The notes under the pieces: model-generated
What the model saw: the letters and a program-made list of their open reading frames with translations, nothing else
Database searches by the model: none
Told to the model about the DNA's origin: nothing
NCBI GenBank assembly: GCA_963665765.1
Contig: OY762464.1
Location: 1,513,741 to 1,577,740 of the forward strand
Source: Acidimicrobiia bacterium
GTDB taxonomy: Bacteria; Actinomycetota; Acidimicrobiia; Spongiisociales; ZC4RG35
Length of the DNA stretch: 64,000 nt
Direction of reading: 5' to 3'
Program-made: the position numbers and the translations under genes
Shown here: piece after piece, positions 8,492-18,310 of the stretch
How positions within the stretch are numbered: the first letter of the stretch is position 1
Layout: every line of letters starts with the position of its first letter

Positions 8492-10696
8492 ATGAAAGGA
8501 ACCGTGAAAATTCAACGTAACAGATCCGCAAGGTGGCTCATTACCGGTCTGGTGGCAGTGCTCAGCCTGGTCGCGGCGGCTTGCGGCGGCGATGCCGAGG
8601 AGGAAACGACCACTACCCGGGCCACCGCCGAAGCCACCACTACCCAAGCGCCTGCCACGACGGAAGCTCCTCCAGAGCCTGTGGCGCCGGTTACTCAGGG
8701 GCCGGGTGGTGAGGAGGCTACTGCGTCGGGTGAGGTTGTTTTGAGTGGTGATGAGATTGCGCGGGTGCGGTCTGGGGGGTACACGGCGGCTTTGTTGTGG
8801 CATACGGCGGGTGCTTTTACCGATGCGGTGAGTCAGGGTGCTCGGGATGCTTTCGCGGAGTTGGGTGTTGAGGTGATTGCTGAGACGAATGCTCAGTTTG
8901 ATGCTGCTCAGCAGGCCAATGATGTGGAGACTGTGTTGGCGCAGGATCCTGACATCATTGTTAGTTTGGTGATTGATCCGGTGTCGGGTGCGGAGGCGTT
9001 TCGTCCGGCGGTCGAGGCCGGGGTGCAGTTGGTGTTTTTGAGTAATGTGCCCGAGGGCTATGTGCACGGTGTTGACTATGTGGGGGTGGTTACCGATGAT
9101 TTGGCGGCGATGGGGATGGCGGCTGCGGATCTGTTGGCGGATGCTTTGGGTGGTGTGGGGAAGGTGGGTTTCATCTTCCATGATGCTGCCTATTACGTGA
9201 CTAATCAGCGTGATCAGGCGTTCAAGACTTGGATTGAGCAGCGTTATCCGGGGATCGAGATCGTTTCTGAGCAGGGGTTGGCTGATCCGGCTCGGGCTGA
9301 GGAGATCGCGGCGGCGTTGTTGACGCGTAATCCTGATCTGGATGGTATTTATGCGCCGTGGTCGGCTGGTCCGGCTGATGGGGTGTTGGCTGCTTTGCGG
9401 GCGGCGGGTGCTTCGGATGTGGCGGTGGTGACGTTGGATCTGGACACCAATGTGTCGTTGGACTTGGTGGAAGGCGGGAACATTGTTGGTATCGCGGCGG
9501 ACGAGGCCTATGCGTTGGGACGGACCATGGCTTTGGAGGGTGCCTATGGGCTGGTTGGCAAGCAGGCGCCGCCGTTCACGGTGGTGCCGGCTATCGCGGT
9601 GACCGCTGACAATATCGTGGAGGCCTACCGGCAGTCACTAGCCACCGACCCACCCGCAGAAATCATGACAGCACTCGGCGAGTCCGTGCCTGTGGCGCCG
9701 GTTACTCAGGGGCCGGGTGGTGAGGAGGCTACTGCGTCGGGTGAGGTTGTTTTGAGTGGTGATGAGATTGCGCGGGTGCGGTCTGGGGGGTACACGGCGG
9801 CTTTGTTGTGGCATACGGCGGGTGCTTTTACCGATGCGGTGAGTCAGGGTGCTCGGGATGCTTTCGCGGAGTTGGGTGTTGAGGTGATTGCTGAGACGAA
9901 TGCTCAGTTTGATGCTGCTCAGCAGGCCAATGATGTGGAGACTGTGTTGGCGCAGGATCCTGACATCATTGTTAGTTTGGTGATTGATCCGGTGTCGGGT
10001 GCGGAGGCGTTTCGTCCGGCGGTCGAGGCCGGGGTGCAGTTGGTGTTTTTGAGTAATGTGCCCGAGGGCTATGTGCACGGTGTTGACTATGTGGGGGTGG
10101 TTACCGATGATTTGGCGGCGATGGGGATGGCGGCTGCGGATCTGTTGGCGGATGCTTTGGGTGGTGTGGGGAAGGTGGGTTTCATCTTCCATGATGCTGC
10201 CTATTACGTGACTAATCAGCGTGATCAGGCGTTCAAGACTTGGATTGAGCAGCGTTATCCGGGGATCGAGATCGTTTCTGAGCAGGGGTTGGCTGATCCG
10301 GCTCGGGCTGAGGAGATCGCGGCGGCGTTGTTGACGCGTAATCCTGATCTGGATGGTATTTATGCGCCGTGGTCGGCTGGTCCGGCTGATGGGGTGTTGG
10401 CTGCTTTGCGGGCGGCGGGTGCTTCGGATGTGGCGGTGGTGACGTTGGATCTGGACACCAATGTGTCGTTGGACTTGGTGGAAGGCGGGAACATTGTTGG
10501 TATCGCGGCGGACGAGGCCTATGCGTTGGGACGGACCATGGCTTTGGAGGGTGCCTATGGGCTGGTTGGCAAGCAGGCGCCGCCGTTCACGGTGGTGCCG
10601 GCTATCGCGGTGACCGCTGACAATATCGTGGAGGCCTACCGGCAGTCACTAGCCACCGACCCACCCGCAGAAATCATGACAGCACTCGGCGGATAA
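8492..10696 (+). CDS. Lipoprotein made of two tandem type-I periplasmic substrate-binding domains (ribose/sugar-binding-like ABC SBP)
   Basis: GGAGGA Shine-Dalgarno motif then ATG 8492; signal peptide with lipobox (LVAAACGG). Two consecutive 337-aa PBP-type-I domains that are 100% identical at DNA level. Confidence 0.75.
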   Translation: MKGTVKIQRNRSARWLITGLVAVLSLVAAACGGDAEEETTTTRATAEATTTQAPATTEAPPEPVAPVTQGPGGEEATASGEVVLSGDEIARVRSGGYTAALLWHTAGAFTDAVSQGARDAFAELGVEVIAETNAQFDAAQQANDVETVLAQDPDIIVSLVIDPVSGAEAFRPAVEAGVQLVFLSNVPEGYVHGVDYVGVVTDDLAAMGMAAADLLADALGGVGKVGFIFHDAAYYVTNQRDQAFKTWIEQRYPGIEIVSEQGLADPARAEEIAAALLTRNPDLDGIYAPWSAGPADGVLAALRAAGASDVAVVTLDLDTNVSLDLVEGGNIVGIAADEAYALGRTMALEGAYGLVGKQAPPFTVVPAIAVTADNIVEAYRQSLATDPPAEIMTALGESVPVAPVTQGPGGEEATASGEVVLSGDEIARVRSGGYTAALLWHTAGAFTDAVSQGARDAFAELGVEVIAETNAQFDAAQQANDVETVLAQDPDIIVSLVIDPVSGAEAFRPAVEAGVQLVFLSNVPEGYVHGVDYVGVVTDDLAAMGMAAADLLADALGGVGKVGFIFHDAAYYVTNQRDQAFKTWIEQRYPGIEIVSEQGLADPARAEEIAAALLTRNPDLDGIYAPWSAGPADGVLAALRAAGASDVAVVTLDLDTNVSLDLVEGGNIVGIAADEAYALGRTMALEGAYGLVGKQAPPFTVVPAIAVTADNIVEAYRQSLATDPPAEIMTALGG
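8677..10691 (+). repeat. Perfect tandem duplication: 1,004 bp x2, period 1,011 bp (8677-9680 and 9688-10691)
   Basis: Direct comparison of the two copies at their starts, middles and ends shows identical sequence. The junction carries a 7-nt linker, agtccgt. Confidence 0.85.
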
Positions 10697-10739
10697 CTTC
10701 CATGAACAGCTGATCGCCCTTGGGAAACGGTCGCCAACG

Positions 10740-11753
10740 ATGAGAGTCCCTGTCCTGGCCGGCGCGGTAGTCCGGTTGAAGCGGGCATGGACCGAGCAGA
10801 GCGAAGACGGCGGGTTTCGACGATACGTGGTCTATTTGGCCTTCGTTTCGATTCTCGCCGTTTTCGCTCTGATGCTGTGGGACGATGGTTTTCTGAGTTG
10901 GTCGAATCTGCTCAACATCGGTCGGCAGGCTGCTCCGATCGCAGTCATGGCGGCGGGCATGGCCTTCGCCCTGGCCTCGGCGGAGATAGATCTTTCTGTC
11001 GGATCAACCGTGGCGCTCTCGTCGCTGGTGGCCGCTACGGTGGTTGGCCAATACGGGTTCTTGCTCGGAGCACTGGCCGCGGTGGTGGTGGGAGCGTTGG
11101 TGGGGTGGGTGAACGGCCTGATCACCGTCAAGGTGCGAATCCCGTCTTTTCTGGTGACCTTGGGGACGCTGGGCATCATCAGTGGCATCGCCCGCAACAT
11201 GAACAATCTGCAGTCCATGCCGATCAGAAACGATACTTTTTCCGCCTTGTTCGGCGCCGGGTCACTGGGTCCCATCTCCTCGTTGGTGATATGGACGGCC
11301 ATAGTCTTGGCTATGGGCCATTTTGCGCTGCACCATCTTCGTTGGGGAAGGCATGTGCTGGCGACGGGCGCCAACCGGGCCTCAGCCAAAGCGGCCGGTC
11401 TCAATACCGACCGAATCCGGATCAGCGCCTTGATGGTGAGTTCGGTGGCGGCTTCCTTCGCCGGAGTGTTGCTGGCCGGGCGGCTGGCCATCGGTCGGCA
11501 TGATCTGGGGGAGAACGACCTGCTGACTGTGATCGCCGCGGTGGTGATCGGCGGCACCAGTCTGTTCGGCGGACGCGCTTCGGTCGCCGGCGCGGTGATG
11601 GGCGCCTTGATCATGGCGATGCTCAACAACGGGTTGATTCTCATGGGCCTGGAGGTGGCGGACCAGTTGATCGCCCGGGGCCTCATCATCATTGTGGCGG
11701 TGGCGCTCAGCATGAGGGCGCCATCGGAAAGCGCGGGTGACGATGTTCCTTGA
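10740..11753 (+). CDS. ABC transporter permease (RbsC/AraH-type, about 10 TM)
   Basis: Hydrophobic 337-aa ORF with the conserved permease loop motif; directly downstream of the substrate-binding-protein gene. Confidence 0.75.
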   Translation: MRVPVLAGAVVRLKRAWTEQSEDGGFRRYVVYLAFVSILAVFALMLWDDGFLSWSNLLNIGRQAAPIAVMAAGMAFALASAEIDLSVGSTVALSSLVAATVVGQYGFLLGALAAVVVGALVGWVNGLITVKVRIPSFLVTLGTLGIISGIARNMNNLQSMPIRNDTFSALFGAGSLGPISSLVIWTAIVLAMGHFALHHLRWGRHVLATGANRASAKAAGLNTDRIRISALMVSSVAASFAGVLLAGRLAIGRHDLGENDLLTVIAAVVIGGTSLFGGRASVAGAVMGALIMAMLNNGLILMGLEVADQLIARGLIIIVAVALSMRAPSESAGDDVP

Positions 11754-12945
11754 ATCTCTGGTCAGAAGGAACCGAGCCTTTCTGGAGGCCGCAGTGCAGC
11801 TTCACCAGGAAAACCGGATTCCAGCCAACAGCTATGTCCTGGATTTGGACACCTTGGAGTCAAACGCTCGCCACATGACCACCGAGGCTCACCGTTTGGG
11901 CTTGACCGTGTATGCCATGAGCAAGCAGGTCGGGCGGGCGCCGGGCGCCCTGAGAGCAATCACGCAGGGTGGGGCAGATGGATATGTGGCGGTTGACATG
12001 GGATGCGCTCGGCCCATCGCCGCCAACGGACACGCCATCGGCAACCTCGGGCATCTGGTGCAGATACCGCGAGCCGAAGCGGCGGAAGCCGCGGCCTTGG
12101 GTCCGGAGTATTGGACGCTCTTTTCTCGGAACAAAGCCGTGGAGGCGTCACGAGCCGTGGCCGCCTCAGGAGGCAGGCAAAAGGTTTTGCTGAGAATCTG
12201 GGAACACGGCGATATCTTCTATCCGGGACATGAGGGGGGATTTCACACAGATGAGCTTTGCCAAGCGATCGACTTTGTCAACGGGCTGGAGGGATTGCGA
12301 TTCGCCGGACTCACCACTTTTCCGGCCCTTTTGTACGACGCCGCGGCGAAAAAGGTGAATCCCACGACCAATGTCGGAACTCTGGCCCGGGGAGTGGAAC
12401 TTGCTCTCGGCCACCTGGGAACGGCCTTTCCCATTGAGGTGAATGCCCCCGGGACAACCTCGACGGGGGTGTTGGATATGTTGGCCGAGATGGGCGCCAC
12501 GCAAGTGGAGCCGGGGCACGGACTCACCGGCACCACCCCGCTGCATGCCACAAGAGAGCTTCCCGAACGTCCGGCGGTGCTCTACCTGACTGAGGTGGCC
12601 CATGTGCATCAAGGCGTTCCGTTGTGTTTTGGCGGGGGATTCTATGTGGATCCGGTGTTCGAACCGTATCCAACCAAGGTGGTGGTGGCGGCCGGCCCCG
12701 AGCAGGTGGACGGAGGGCTCGTGCCGATCGACATGCCCGATCCGGCCGGAATCGATTACTACGCCCGCCTCCATCCGGAAGGGCGAGCTTTGCAGGAAGG
12801 CGACACCGTCATTGCCGGTTTCCGCATCCAAGCTTTCGTCACCCGGTCTCTGGTGGTGGGCGTGGCCGGCGTAGCCGCTTCGCAACCGGTTGTGACCGGG
12901 ATCTGGAATGTGGAAGGTGTCCCGGTGGGCTGGGGCGGCCGATGA
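11737..12945 (+). CDS. PLP-dependent alanine-racemase-fold protein (YhfX-like putative amino-acid racemase)
   Basis: 402 aa with an N-terminal alanine racemase-like TIM-barrel signature (VYAMSKQ...) embedded between permease and ATPase genes, overlapping both. Confidence 0.5.
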   Translation: MTMFLESLVRRNRAFLEAAVQLHQENRIPANSYVLDLDTLESNARHMTTEAHRLGLTVYAMSKQVGRAPGALRAITQGGADGYVAVDMGCARPIAANGHAIGNLGHLVQIPRAEAAEAAALGPEYWTLFSRNKAVEASRAVAASGGRQKVLLRIWEHGDIFYPGHEGGFHTDELCQAIDFVNGLEGLRFAGLTTFPALLYDAAAKKVNPTTNVGTLARGVELALGHLGTAFPIEVNAPGTTSTGVLDMLAEMGATQVEPGHGLTGTTPLHATRELPERPAVLYLTEVAHVHQGVPLCFGGGFYVDPVFEPYPTKVVVAAGPEQVDGGLVPIDMPDPAGIDYYARLHPEGRALQEGDTVIAGFRIQAFVTRSLVVGVAGVAASQPVVTGIWNVEGVPVGWGGR

Positions 12946-13700
12946 CCGCCCCAGCCCTGTCGGTTAGCGATATGTCCAAGTCCTTTCGCGCCGTGCAGGC
13001 GTTGGATGGTGTGTCTTTGAACATCCACCGAGGTCGAGTTACGGGTCTTTTGGGGGACAACGGCGCCGGAAAATCCACTTTGGTCAAATGTATCGCGGGG
13101 ATCTATCAGCCTGACGGAGGAACCATCAGCATCGATGGCGCGGTTCGCCGGATCTCCTCCCCGGATGTGGCTCGCCGACTCGGAGTGGAGACGGTACATC
13201 AGGACCTTTCGCTGATCGACAGCCTGAACGTAGTGGAGAATTTGTTTTTGAATCGGGAGTACACCCGGGGAGGCCGTCTCGGCGCCCGGATGGGATTTCT
13301 GAACAAGCGGAGAATGCATCGAGAGGGCCAAGCGACCCTGGCGAGACTGGATATTGCCATCCCCTCTCTGCGCAGGCCCGTTGGTCTGCTTTCGGGGGGT
13401 CAACGCCAAGCCATCGCCATTGGCCGGGCGGTGGCATGGGGACAACGGATAGTGTTGTTGGACGAACCGGCGGCAGCCTTAGGGGTGGAACAGGCGCAGA
13501 GGGTGGTTGACTTAATTCTCGCTCTTCGTGAGGCCGGGGTGGCGGTCTTGTTGATTACCCACAACATGGACCGCGTGGCGGCAGTGTGTGACAACGCCGT
13601 CATCCTGCGACAGGGCCGCAAAGCTGCCGAAGTGGAGATGGATCAGGTGACCAAGGATGACTTGGTGGGGTTCATCACCGGCGCCAAGACCGGTGGCTGA
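12942..13700 (+). CDS. ABC transporter ATP-binding protein (single, half-size NBD)
   Basis: Walker A GDNGAGKST, signature LSGGQRQ, Walker B LLDEP. ATG overlaps the upstream stop (ATGA). Confidence 0.85.
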   Translation: MTAPALSVSDMSKSFRAVQALDGVSLNIHRGRVTGLLGDNGAGKSTLVKCIAGIYQPDGGTISIDGAVRRISSPDVARRLGVETVHQDLSLIDSLNVVENLFLNREYTRGGRLGARMGFLNKRRMHREGQATLARLDIAIPSLRRPVGLLSGGQRQAIAIGRAVAWGQRIVLLDEPAAALGVEQAQRVVDLILALREAGVAVLLITHNMDRVAAVCDNAVILRQGRKAAEVEMDQVTKDDLVGFITGAKTGG

Positions 13701-13800
13701 TCCAACTCCATCCGCGGGTCACCGTGTTCTTCGGATTCTTGTTCTGCCCCGTTGACCCGGTTGGGATAAGGCGAACTCTCAACGGGAACTGCTAACCGGT

Positions 13801-14676
13801 TTAGCTGCTCGGTCTGGTGGTAACGGGCGCCCCGGTGGTGGTCGTGGTGGCTTGACTGGTGGTGGTTGTGGTGGCGGGTGCCTCGGTGGTGGTTGTGGTG
13901 GCGGGCGCCCGGGTGGTGGCGGTGGTGGCGGGCGCCCGGGTGGTCGTGGTAGTAGCAGGCGCGGCAGGAGCAGTGACGGTCAGGTCCCGGCTGACGATCA
14001 GGGAGGCTATCTCGTCGTCTCCGATGTACTCCGCGATAATCTCGGCGATGCCCTGGGTGAATACCCCGAACGCGGCCACCATGCCCGCTTGCGCGGCGCG
14101 GCGCTGTTCCCCGGCATCAGTCGATCGCAGGCCTTCCAGCATCTCCGCCGCCGTTACGGCGATCTGGCCGACCGCAGAGGCGACGGTCAGATGTTTCTCC
14201 GGGTACCGGCCGGTCGGAGGGGGTTGAACCAGGTCGAAATCGGCCTGGGCGGTTTGCAGGTTCTCTACGGCCGCCTCCAAATCCTCCTCGGTTTCCGAAT
14301 AAGTGGCCTCGGTTTCCGACCGATTGTCCCAGTCGTTGCTGATCGCGCTTATCTGATCCACCAATCGGCTGAAAGCCACTTCGTGGGCGAGGAGGCTTTT
14401 GAGAAAGTCCTGAACCACCTCGGTCGGAAAGGCGGCGCCGGTGGTTGTCTGGGTGGTGGCGGCGGCGGTGGTGACGGTGGTCTCCGGCGGTGAAGTGACG
14501 GTGGTTGTCTGGGTGGTGGGTGACCGAGGAGCGATGCTGGTTGTCGATGCGGTAGTGTCGACTGCCTCCTCCGCGTCGGAGGTGGCCGGGGGGGCCTCAA
14601 CCGGGTCGAGCAGGCACGAGGAGCCGCCCAAAAAAATCATGGAAAGAACCAGGAGCGCAATCGCGACTCTACGCAT
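13801..14676 (-). CDS. Secreted lipoprotein with Thr/Pro-rich low-complexity regions (hypothetical)
   Basis: Signal peptide plus lipobox (LGGSSC), TTTT/PATT repeats at both ends, and a central domain shared with the paralog at 15084-16007. Confidence 0.5.
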   Translation of the reverse strand: MRRVAIALLVLSMIFLGGSSCLLDPVEAPPATSDAEEAVDTTASTTSIAPRSPTTQTTTVTSPPETTVTTAAATTQTTTGAAFPTEVVQDFLKSLLAHEVAFSRLVDQISAISNDWDNRSETEATYSETEEDLEAAVENLQTAQADFDLVQPPPTGRYPEKHLTVASAVGQIAVTAAEMLEGLRSTDAGEQRRAAQAGMVAAFGVFTQGIAEIIAEYIGDDEIASLIVSRDLTVTAPAAPATTTTTRAPATTATTRAPATTTTTEAPATTTTTSQATTTTTGAPVTTRPSS

Positions 14677-15083
14677 GCTCGGCGCCCAGGGGATACCGAC
14701 CCCGAGGACGGGAGGCTGGGCCGCCATCGCCGAGGGGGTCTTTGGTGAATTCAAGAGAGGTCTTCATCAGGTGGAAATATACCCGCTGTCCGCCGCTAGA
14801 TGAGGTATTGATGGGGATGCCCACGCGCTTTATGTATTCATCCCTTCGAATCTCCGCTTGGCCGATGCGCCGGGAAATGTGCTTTTGCCTACCGAGGTCT
14901 CGGGCTTGGATCGGGATTCTGTAATAAACGTATCCCAGATCATCACTCTCGACAAGGCTGATCTGATCCAACCAAAGACGCGGGCGGATCCGGCACTGCG
15001 GTTGGTGGACAACGGGCTCTCGTTGGTTTTGGGCTTTTCGGGGAAGCTGTGAGGGTTTTCGCCGGCCCGATGACGTCCGTGTC

Positions 15084-16007
15084 TCAGGGCAAGGTTTCGC
15101 AAGCCACCCGGTTGCCGTTGGTATCCATCAGCGCCACGTCGCCGTAGAAGGGAAAGTAGGCGTCGAACCACTCTTGGGCTTCGGCCTGGGTGGAGAAGTC
15201 ACTGCAGTTTTTGGTGTTGCCCGGATTGGGGGGCGCCTCGGCGGCGACCGTGGTCGGAACAGTTTCCGGAACGTCCGTCACCGGAGGGGGAGCGAAGGTT
15301 GGGCCGGCGGCCAGCAACGCCTCTCCCTCCTCTCCGATGACCGCCGCCACCTGCGCAATCACTTCTCCCAAGAGATCGAAGGCGGTCAAGAATCCCACCA
15401 CCGCGGCTTGGCGAGCCTGGCCGGTGTCGGTGGAACGTAACCCGTCGAGCATCTCCTGGGAGGTATCTGCCATGATGGCCACCGCCGCGGCGGCGGTACG
15501 GTGCTCCTGCCCGAGCACGATCTCGGCCGGGGGTTCTATCAGGCCGAAAAAGTCTTGGAGACTCAGGGCGCGCCCGGCGGCGGCCTCCAAGGCGGATGCG
15601 GTGTCGGAGAAGGAGACACCTGTCCGGGAACGATCGTCCCAGTCGTCGTTGATGGCTCCGACGCTCTCCGCCAACTCGGAGAAACCGGCCTCGGTCGACA
15701 GCAGTTGCTCGAGGTAGCGGAGCGCGCTTCCCACCGAAGGGTCGGTGGTGGTGGTCGCAGCCGTGGTGGTGGTCGTTTCGGGAAGGGCGGCGGCGGTGGT
15801 GGGCGAGGGGCGGTCGGCGCCGGCGGTCGGCGACGGGGCAATGGCGGCGGGCACGGTGATAGTTGGGCTGGGGGATAGGGATTCTTCGGACTCGAAGAGC
15901 GCGCAGGACGAGCCGCTCGCCGCAATGGCCAGCAAAATGGCCACGGGCACCCAAGAAACCCGGCGCGCCCCGGGTCTTGGGCGGAAGGGTTTACGCCGCA
16001 CCGGCAC
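15084..16007 (-). CDS. Secreted lipoprotein paralog with a C-terminal Excalibur-like calcium-binding domain
   Basis: Lipobox ASGSSC. C-terminal NCSDFSTQAEAQEWFDAYFPFYGDVALMDTNGNRVACE matches the Excalibur DxDxDGxxCE-type motif. Central domain is homologous to 13801-14676. Confidence 0.5.
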   Translation of the reverse strand: MPVRRKPFRPRPGARRVSWVPVAILLAIAASGSSCALFESEESLSPSPTITVPAAIAPSPTAGADRPSPTTAAALPETTTTTAATTTTDPSVGSALRYLEQLLSTEAGFSELAESVGAINDDWDDRSRTGVSFSDTASALEAAAGRALSLQDFFGLIEPPAEIVLGQEHRTAAAAVAIMADTSQEMLDGLRSTDTGQARQAAVVGFLTAFDLLGEVIAQVAAVIGEEGEALLAAGPTFAPPPVTDVPETVPTTVAAEAPPNPGNTKNCSDFSTQAEAQEWFDAYFPFYGDVALMDTNGNRVACETLP

Positions 16008-16231
16008 GGTGGAAAATCTCGGTGGTGATGCCCGCTATGCGGGCCGGCCCTGGGGGATCAGACAGGTGTAATGCTTCGGTGGCCGCCCGCGGCAGGATGG
16101 CCGCGCAGACAGAGTCTGGTCTCAGCACCGAGGAGGTACGCACCTTATCGCCTTTCCCAACCTTCTCGTTTCTGACGGAAACTACTCACAGGACCATTCA
16201 GCAGATAGGATTGATTCCTCCGACCAGCCGT

Positions 16232-16945
16232 TCATGAGCGGGACCGGGATGCTTTTCGTTTCCAGACGTTGGCCAGATAGGGGATCGCCTCGGGGGTCTT
16301 GCACGAGGTCCGCCCGTGGTCAACCGACACTTTGCCGATCCGGGCCGCGGCTTGTTCGGCGGCCTGTCGCATCTTCGGGCTCCGACATCCGATGGCGATC
16401 AGGGCGCCGTTCATGGAGTGGCGGACCCGGTTGGCCGCTTGGCCGATGTTTTGTTCTATATAAGCCAGACGCTTGACGAAGTAACTGTCCGGCAATTGAC
16501 TTTGGCGGTCCGAGGCTTGGGCGGAAACCAGGGACCACCCGGTGGCCCCCGCCCATTCATCTCCGGGATCATCGGTCCACTCCCGGGCCAACTCATCTCG
16601 CAGGGAGGTTCGACCAACCAAGGAAGCCAAGGCGTCGGCCAGCACGTAATTGTCCACCTCCCCGAGCCTTTGACCAAGAGTCTGGGCCGAGACCCGGTGG
16701 GGATCGTCCACCATGGTGGCCAGCACCCGCGCGTCGTGGTTGCCCGAAGCCCACAGTTCGGCGGCCAGTTGGCGATCCGTGCGCAGTCGCTTGGCAAGTT
16801 TTCCAAGATTGGCGTAGCTGACTCCGAACAGGGCCCCCTTGACGCCGTGCCGGGGGTAGATCTTGCGATTCTGAGCCGTTCCGAGTTTTTCCAGCTCAGC
16901 CAGAGTTTCCTTGCTTACCACAGAGGAAACAACACCGGTTGACAT
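16232..16945 (-). CDS. DNA alkylation repair enzyme (AlkD/AlkC-like HEAT-repeat glycosylase)
   Basis: Sequence typical of pfam08713 DNA_alkylation. Start taken at the second ATG, which is preceded by AAGGGGG. Confidence 0.6.
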   Translation of the reverse strand: MSTGVVSSVVSKETLAELEKLGTAQNRKIYPRHGVKGALFGVSYANLGKLAKRLRTDRQLAAELWASGNHDARVLATMVDDPHRVSAQTLGQRLGEVDNYVLADALASLVGRTSLRDELAREWTDDPGDEWAGATGWSLVSAQASDRQSQLPDSYFVKRLAYIEQNIGQAANRVRHSMNGALIAIGCRSPKMRQAAEQAAARIGKVSVDHGRTSCKTPEAIPYLANVWKRKASRSRS

Positions 16946-17079
16946 GGGAACCCCCTTCATCGATTGGCCTGACCCTGATCCAGTCTACGGACGGGAACTA
17001 AAGTAATCCGTAGGCGGTAAGCCTTGAGTGCTCACCGTCCTTTACCATATCCCTCAGCAGTGGCTGAAAGGAGCCTTAA

Positions 17080-18252
17080 ATGAGCAATTTGACTGGCGCG
17101 GCGGACGCGGTTCTGGATGGGGTGACATCGGGTAGCCCACGGGTGCCCGGCGTGGTGGCTTTGGCAACCAACCGGGAAGGCAACATCTATGAAGGAGCGG
17201 CAGGAGTCCGTTCCCTTGCCAACGGCGCGGCCATGACCACCGACACCATCTGCGCGATCTTCTCGACGACCAAGGCCATTGCCGGCACGGCCTGCCTGCA
17301 GTTGGTGGAGGAAGGCCGACTCGATCTGGACGCACCGGCGAAAAACTACACCCCCGAAATCGGGGAGCTGCAGGTGCTCGACGGGTTCGACGACCACGGG
17401 GACCCTATGCTGCGTCCGCCCAAGCGGGATGTGACCACCAGGATGCTCCTGCTCCATACCGCCGGTTTTGCCTACGATTTTTTCAACGAGCAGTACACCC
17501 GCTTGGCGCAGGATCATGGCCAGCCCAGTGTGGTTACCTCTTCGAAAGCAGCCCTGATGTCGCCCCTGCTGTTCGATCCGGGAGACGAATGGGAATACGG
17601 ATCGAACATCGACTGGGCTGGTCAGGTGGTCGAAGGCATCACCGGGAAACGCTTGGGCGAGGTGATGGAGGAACGGATTCTCGAACCCCTGGGAATGGAT
17701 TCCACCTCCTTTGACTTGAGTGACGAGACGCGCAGCCGTATGGCCAAAATCCACCAACGCGGCGACGATGGAGACTTGACGCCGCTTGACTTCGAGTTGC
17801 CCCCGGATCCCGAGGTGCATATGGCCGGCCATGGCTTGTATTCCACTGCCGAGGACTACGTCAAGTTCATCCGGATGTGGTTGAACGATGGCATGGGTCC
17901 CGGCGGGCAGGTGCTTTCCAAGGACACCGTGGAGATGGCGGTCCGGAACGGACTGGGCGAGATGAAGATCAAGGGTCTTCCCGGCGTCAATCCCATACTT
18001 TCCAACTATGCGGAGTTCTTCCCCGGAATGCCCAAATCTTGGGCCTTGACCTTCATGATCAACGACGAGGACGCCCCCACCGGACGCCCGGCGGGCGCCT
18101 TGGCCTGGGCCGGTCTGGCCAACCTCTACTACTGGATCGACCGGCAGAACGGGGTCGGCGGTTTCTGGGCTACCCAGATTTTCCCATTTGCCGACGCCAC
18201 CTCGGTGGGAGGTTTTCTGGACTTCGAGACGGCGATTTACAGCAACCTCTAA
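17080..18252 (+). CDS. Serine hydrolase, beta-lactamase/esterase family (class C-like)
   Basis: S-x-x-K active-site motif (FSTTK) and the fold of the EstB/PBP-like family. Confidence 0.75.
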   Translation: MSNLTGAADAVLDGVTSGSPRVPGVVALATNREGNIYEGAAGVRSLANGAAMTTDTICAIFSTTKAIAGTACLQLVEEGRLDLDAPAKNYTPEIGELQVLDGFDDHGDPMLRPPKRDVTTRMLLLHTAGFAYDFFNEQYTRLAQDHGQPSVVTSSKAALMSPLLFDPGDEWEYGSNIDWAGQVVEGITGKRLGEVMEERILEPLGMDSTSFDLSDETRSRMAKIHQRGDDGDLTPLDFELPPDPEVHMAGHGLYSTAEDYVKFIRMWLNDGMGPGGQVLSKDTVEMAVRNGLGEMKIKGLPGVNPILSNYAEFFPGMPKSWALTFMINDEDAPTGRPAGALAWAGLANLYYWIDRQNGVGGFWATQIFPFADATSVGGFLDFETAIYSNL

Positions 18253-18288
18253 ACAGATGGGGCGGTGGGCCAACCCTGAGCAGAAAAG

Positions 18289-18310
18289 GGGGTCCCAGGC
18301 GCGGGACCCC
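18289..18310. terminator. Perfect 8-bp GC hairpin (ggggtccc-aggcgc-gggacccc) downstream of the hydrolase gene
   Basis: Read directly from the sequence; no T-tract, as is common in high-GC genomes. Confidence 0.4.

Noticed and set aside
8480-10192. Two identical antisense ORFs (MEDETHLPHTTQS..., 233 and 184 aa) inside the SBP repeat
   Set aside because: His/Gln/Thr/Pro-rich translation of the C/A-rich antisense strand of the GT-skewed repeat; they are duplicated only because the DNA is duplicated.
17032-18273. 413-aa ORF antisense to the serine hydrolase gene
   Set aside because: Shadow ORF; the plus-strand gene has clear SxxK hydrolase motifs.
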